Source: an uncultured Candidatus Peribacteria bacterium (GTDB lineage: Bacteria > Patescibacteriota > Gracilibacteria > UBA1369 > LOWO2-01-FULL-3). From it: 64,000 bases of DNA. Below, piece by piece: positions 61,587 through 64,000 of the stretch (position 1 is the stretch's first letter; each line of letters opens with the position of its first letter). The stretch covers positions 8,505-72,504 of the forward strand of contig CAYLHX010000002.1 in the NCBI GenBank assembly GCA_964383675.1, in the 5' to 3' direction. A program made the translations under genes and the position numbers. The notes beneath the pieces are model-generated. The model searched no databases. It was not told where the DNA came from and was given only the letters and a program-made list of their open reading frames with translations.

Positions 61587-61895
61587 CTAGAACCTGTCTA
61601 TTTGGATTTTAAGGATTAGTGTTATTTCGTCACCTTCTTTAACTTGTTCTTTTTTTCTTACTTCAAGCTTGAGTGGTAAGATATAGGCCCCTATTTTTTT
61701 ATCAGGGAAGATAGAGGTTTTCCAGTTGGTATTGCCTAGTTTTACGTCAACCGGTAGAGAGCCCCAGCCACGCGCTATGTCTCCAAAGTTTTCTTTTAAT
61801 TCTGCGGATAATTCTTTGGGCAAGGTTACAAAATGCCAGGCGGCCATGCCTTGGTAGAGCCAAACTTTTGCTTGGAATTTATATTGATGCGACAT
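61587..61895 (-). CDS. DUF1905-domain protein
   Basis: FQAKVWLYQGMAAWHFVTLPKELS...GWGSLPVDVKLGNTNWKTSIFPDKK..YILPLK matches the DUF1905 pattern. Confidence 0.7.
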   Translation of the reverse strand: MSHQYKFQAKVWLYQGMAAWHFVTLPKELSAELKENFGDIARGWGSLPVDVKLGNTNWKTSIFPDKKIGAYILPLKLEVRKKEQVKEGDEITLILKIQIDRF

Positions 61896-61909
61896 TATTT
61901 GCGATGAAG

Positions 61910-62248
61910 TTAATTATCCGTTGTGGTGAGAATTACCTCTAAGGTTCCCGACCCGCCGCGATCACTACGGCCTTCGTAGACGCGTGACACATTCGGGTGT
62001 TCCGTTAGATATTTTTTCAGAAATGGCTTTATGATTGGCATTCCTTTTTTCGAGTGGAGTCCTTTTCCGGTAATAAAAAGTATTTTTGTAAGCTTTCTGC
62101 GCAGACATTTTTCCAGAAACTCATCACAGTGGTATTTCATGTCACTTGTTTTTAGTGGCCCCAGGTTGTGAAAGTCGAATTCAGCTTCTGGCTTGCTGAG
62201 ATTATCGTATTTGTTGATCTTTTTTGCTTTTTCCTTTTTGCGTGCCAT
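61910..62248 (-). CDS. Smr-domain protein
   Basis: FDFHNL...ILFITGKGLHS pattern of Smr/MutS2 C-terminal-type domains. 112 aa. Confidence 0.7.
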   Translation of the reverse strand: MARKKEKAKKINKYDNLSKPEAEFDFHNLGPLKTSDMKYHCDEFLEKCLRRKLTKILFITGKGLHSKKGMPIIKPFLKKYLTEHPNVSRVYEGRSDRGGSGTLEVILTTTDN

Positions 62249-62260
62249 GATTTTGCTTGA

Positions 62261-64000
62261 TTATGAAACGATCTCTAATTCATTTTCCAGTGCCATCCAC
62301 TGTTCTTCACTTTGATAAATTTCTTTTTGAATTTCCGCTAAGCGCTCGGTTTTTTCTTTGGAAAATTGTGTAAAATTTTCTTCAAACCATTGCAGTATAC
62401 TTGCTTTTTCTTCTTCCAGTTTGGCGATATTTCTTTCGATATTTAATAGCTTTTTCTTAATTTCTTTAACTTTCATCTGTTGTTCTTTGCGTTCATTTTT
62501 GTCGAGGTTTGTTTCCGGTTTTTCTGGTATCCCCAAGTCTTTTTCAATGTCTTGCTGTAAATGATAAACATACTCCTCATAGTTATGATTATAACGTTTT
62601 ACCGTACCGTTTTTAACTTCAATAATGCCGTTGGCGATAGTTTCAACAAAGGTGCGGTTATGGCTTACAAAAATCACTGTAACATTCGTCTGGCTTAAGG
62701 CCATCGCGAAGGCTTCGACCGTTTCGAAGTCCAAATGGTTAGTTGGTTCATCAAGTAAAATTACCTGATTCTTTTGTAATAAAATTTGTGCCAGACATAA
62801 GCGGGCTTTTTCGCCGCCACTCAAAACGGGAATCCTTTTATTCAACGCTTCGTCTTTGAATAAGAAGTTTCCGGCCATTTCGTAGATTGTCTGTTCGGAA
62901 ATGTCAGTTGGCGCGACTCTTTTCAGGTAGGATTTTACGGTTTCATCAAAATTTAAAGTGGCGGGGACGTGTTGGGCGTAATAGGCGATTTGAATATTGT
63001 GTCCCCATTTATATGATCCGGCAAGTTTTTCAATTTCTCCGGCCAGTGTTTTTAGCAAAGTTGTTTTGCCTTGGCCATTATCCCCAAGTACAGCGATTTT
63101 TTGGCCTCTCTCGATCTCTAAATTGATTTCTTTGGCGATGGATTTATTAGTATATCCGATTTCAAGATCCTCAATTTTTAGAGCGATGCCTTTTTTGTCT
63201 TCAATATCCGGAATATTGATATTGGTGGTGCCGAGAGGATGAGAAACTTCGATTGTTTTAAGTTTTTGAATTTGTTTCATCTTTGATTGAGCTTGCGAGG
63301 CTTTACTGGCCTTGGCACCAAATCTGTCTACGAATTTTTGCAGGTGTTTTTTTTCACGGTCAATCTTTGTATTGTATTTTTCAATCATCAGTAGCTGCTC
63401 TTCTTTGAATTGCAGATATTCCTGAATCGGACGGGGAAAAAGTGTTGTTTTTCCTTGCTCAATTTCCAGGGTTTCGTTGCAGGTTCTTTTTATGAATTCC
63501 CGGTCGTGGGAAATGAGTAAAAAGCTTCCTTTGTAATTTTCCAGAAATTTTTCAAATAATATTTGAGTTGAAAGGTCGAGATAGTTGGTCGGTTCATCAA
63601 GGAGAAGGAGGTTTGGCTCTTTGAGAAGCATGGCAACGAGCTTAACTCGCATTTGATATCCGCCCGCCAATGAGGTAATGGGCGATAGGAGAAGGTCATT
63701 TTTGATTTGAAATCTTCCGGCAACTTTGCTGCATTCCCACTGCGCTTTTTGGCTTGTTCTCGTTAAAAAATCAATCACGGTTTCTGTGTCTTCGTACTCG
63801 TTATGTTGAGTTAAGTATCCTATTTTTGTTGATTCATGCACCTCAACTTTTCCTCCGTCAAAACTTTCTTCGCCGACAATAATTTTGAAGAGAGTTGATT
63901 TTCCGGCTCCATTTCTACCGATTACGCCGATTTTTTGCTGATTATTTACAACAAAATCAGCATTGTCCAAGATCACCTGAGGGCCGTATGTCTTGTGCAA
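62261..64000 (-). CDS. ABC-F family ATPase (two ABC domains, no TM domain); N-terminus runs off the window
   Basis: Two Walker A sites (GRNGAGKSTL, GDNGQGKTTL), two LSGG signatures (LAGGYQ, LSGGEK), an inter-domain linker and a C-terminal coiled coil. The ORF is open to nt 64000. Confidence 0.85.
   Translation of the reverse strand: MHKTYGPQVILDNADFVVNNQQKIGVIGRNGAGKSTLFKIIVGEESFDGGKVEVHESTKIGYLTQHNEYEDTETVIDFLTRTSQKAQWECSKVAGRFQIKNDLLLSPITSLAGGYQMRVKLVAMLLKEPNLLLLDEPTNYLDLSTQILFEKFLENYKGSFLLISHDREFIKRTCNETLEIEQGKTTLFPRPIQEYLQFKEEQLLMIEKYNTKIDREKKHLQKFVDRFGAKASKASQAQSKMKQIQKLKTIEVSHPLGTTNINIPDIEDKKGIALKIEDLEIGYTNKSIAKEINLEIERGQKIAVLGDNGQGKTTLLKTLAGEIEKLAGSYKWGHNIQIAYYAQHVPATLNFDETVKSYLKRVAPTDISEQTIYEMAGNFLFKDEALNKRIPVLSGGEKARLCLAQILLQKNQVILLDEPTNHLDFETVEAFAMALSQTNVTVIFVSHNRTFVETIANGIIEVKNGTVKRYNHNYEEYVYHLQQDIEKDLGIPEKPETNLDKNERKEQQMKVKEIKKKLLNIERNIAKLEEEKASILQWFEENFTQFSKEKTERLAEIQKEIYQSEEQWMALENELEIVS

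Noticed and set aside
1-64000. Mobile elements, prophage, defence islands (restriction-modification, toxin-antitoxin, CRISPR-Cas, retron or DGR reverse transcriptase).
   Set aside because: No transposase, integrase, recombinase, reverse transcriptase, nuclease-methylase pair, flanking tRNA or long direct or inverted terminal repeats were seen. The accessory character of some genes is therefore inferred only from content and composition.

Overview
Tightly packed chromosomal window with about 70 CDS. The standard genetic code applies, since TAA, TAG and TGA all terminate recognisable genes. I saw no rRNA, tRNA, CRISPR array, transposase, integrase or phage genes. Taxon (inference only): a small-genome Patescibacteria/CPR-like bacterium. 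This rests on SLH-domain surface proteins, a type IV pilus module, an array of VirB2/TrbC-like small pilins, very few regulators and start codons that generally lack a Shine-Dalgarno. Main blocks: (1) a histidine-utilisation set, hutH-hutU-hutI plus a divergent fused formiminotransferase-cyclodeaminase, followed by a 988-aa LDH/MDH-like plus HD-domain fusion. (2) Housekeeping genes galU, hsp20, ftsH and tilS. (3) A type IV pilus module (PilN/O-like, pilC, four prepilin-type proteins), then metG. (4) A minus-strand operon ftsQ-sbp-two unknowns-pilT-five tandem two-TM pilin-like paralogues. (5) folC, queE-queC-queF, aspA, rpmB, an MgtC-family protein, an SLH-anchored serine protease and glnA. 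(6) A leuC-leuD-leuB-ilvE-leuA operon preceded by what looks like a classical Leu/Val leader-peptide attenuator. (7) An accessory-looking cluster: LysE exporter, FkbM methyltransferase, GATase1-like protein, ATP-grasp ligase, K/A-rich histone-like protein, GNAT, TauD-like dioxygenase and a sigma54-type AAA+ activator without a DNA-binding domain. (8) typA, phnA-like, DUF1905, Smr and an ABC-F ATPase. The best candidates for something undescribed are the pilT-coupled pilin-like array, the LDH-HD giant fusion, the ATP-grasp/amidotransferase/dioxygenase island with its HTH-less bEBP, and the leader-peptide attenuator. All protein calls come from motif recognition by eye. No database search was run.
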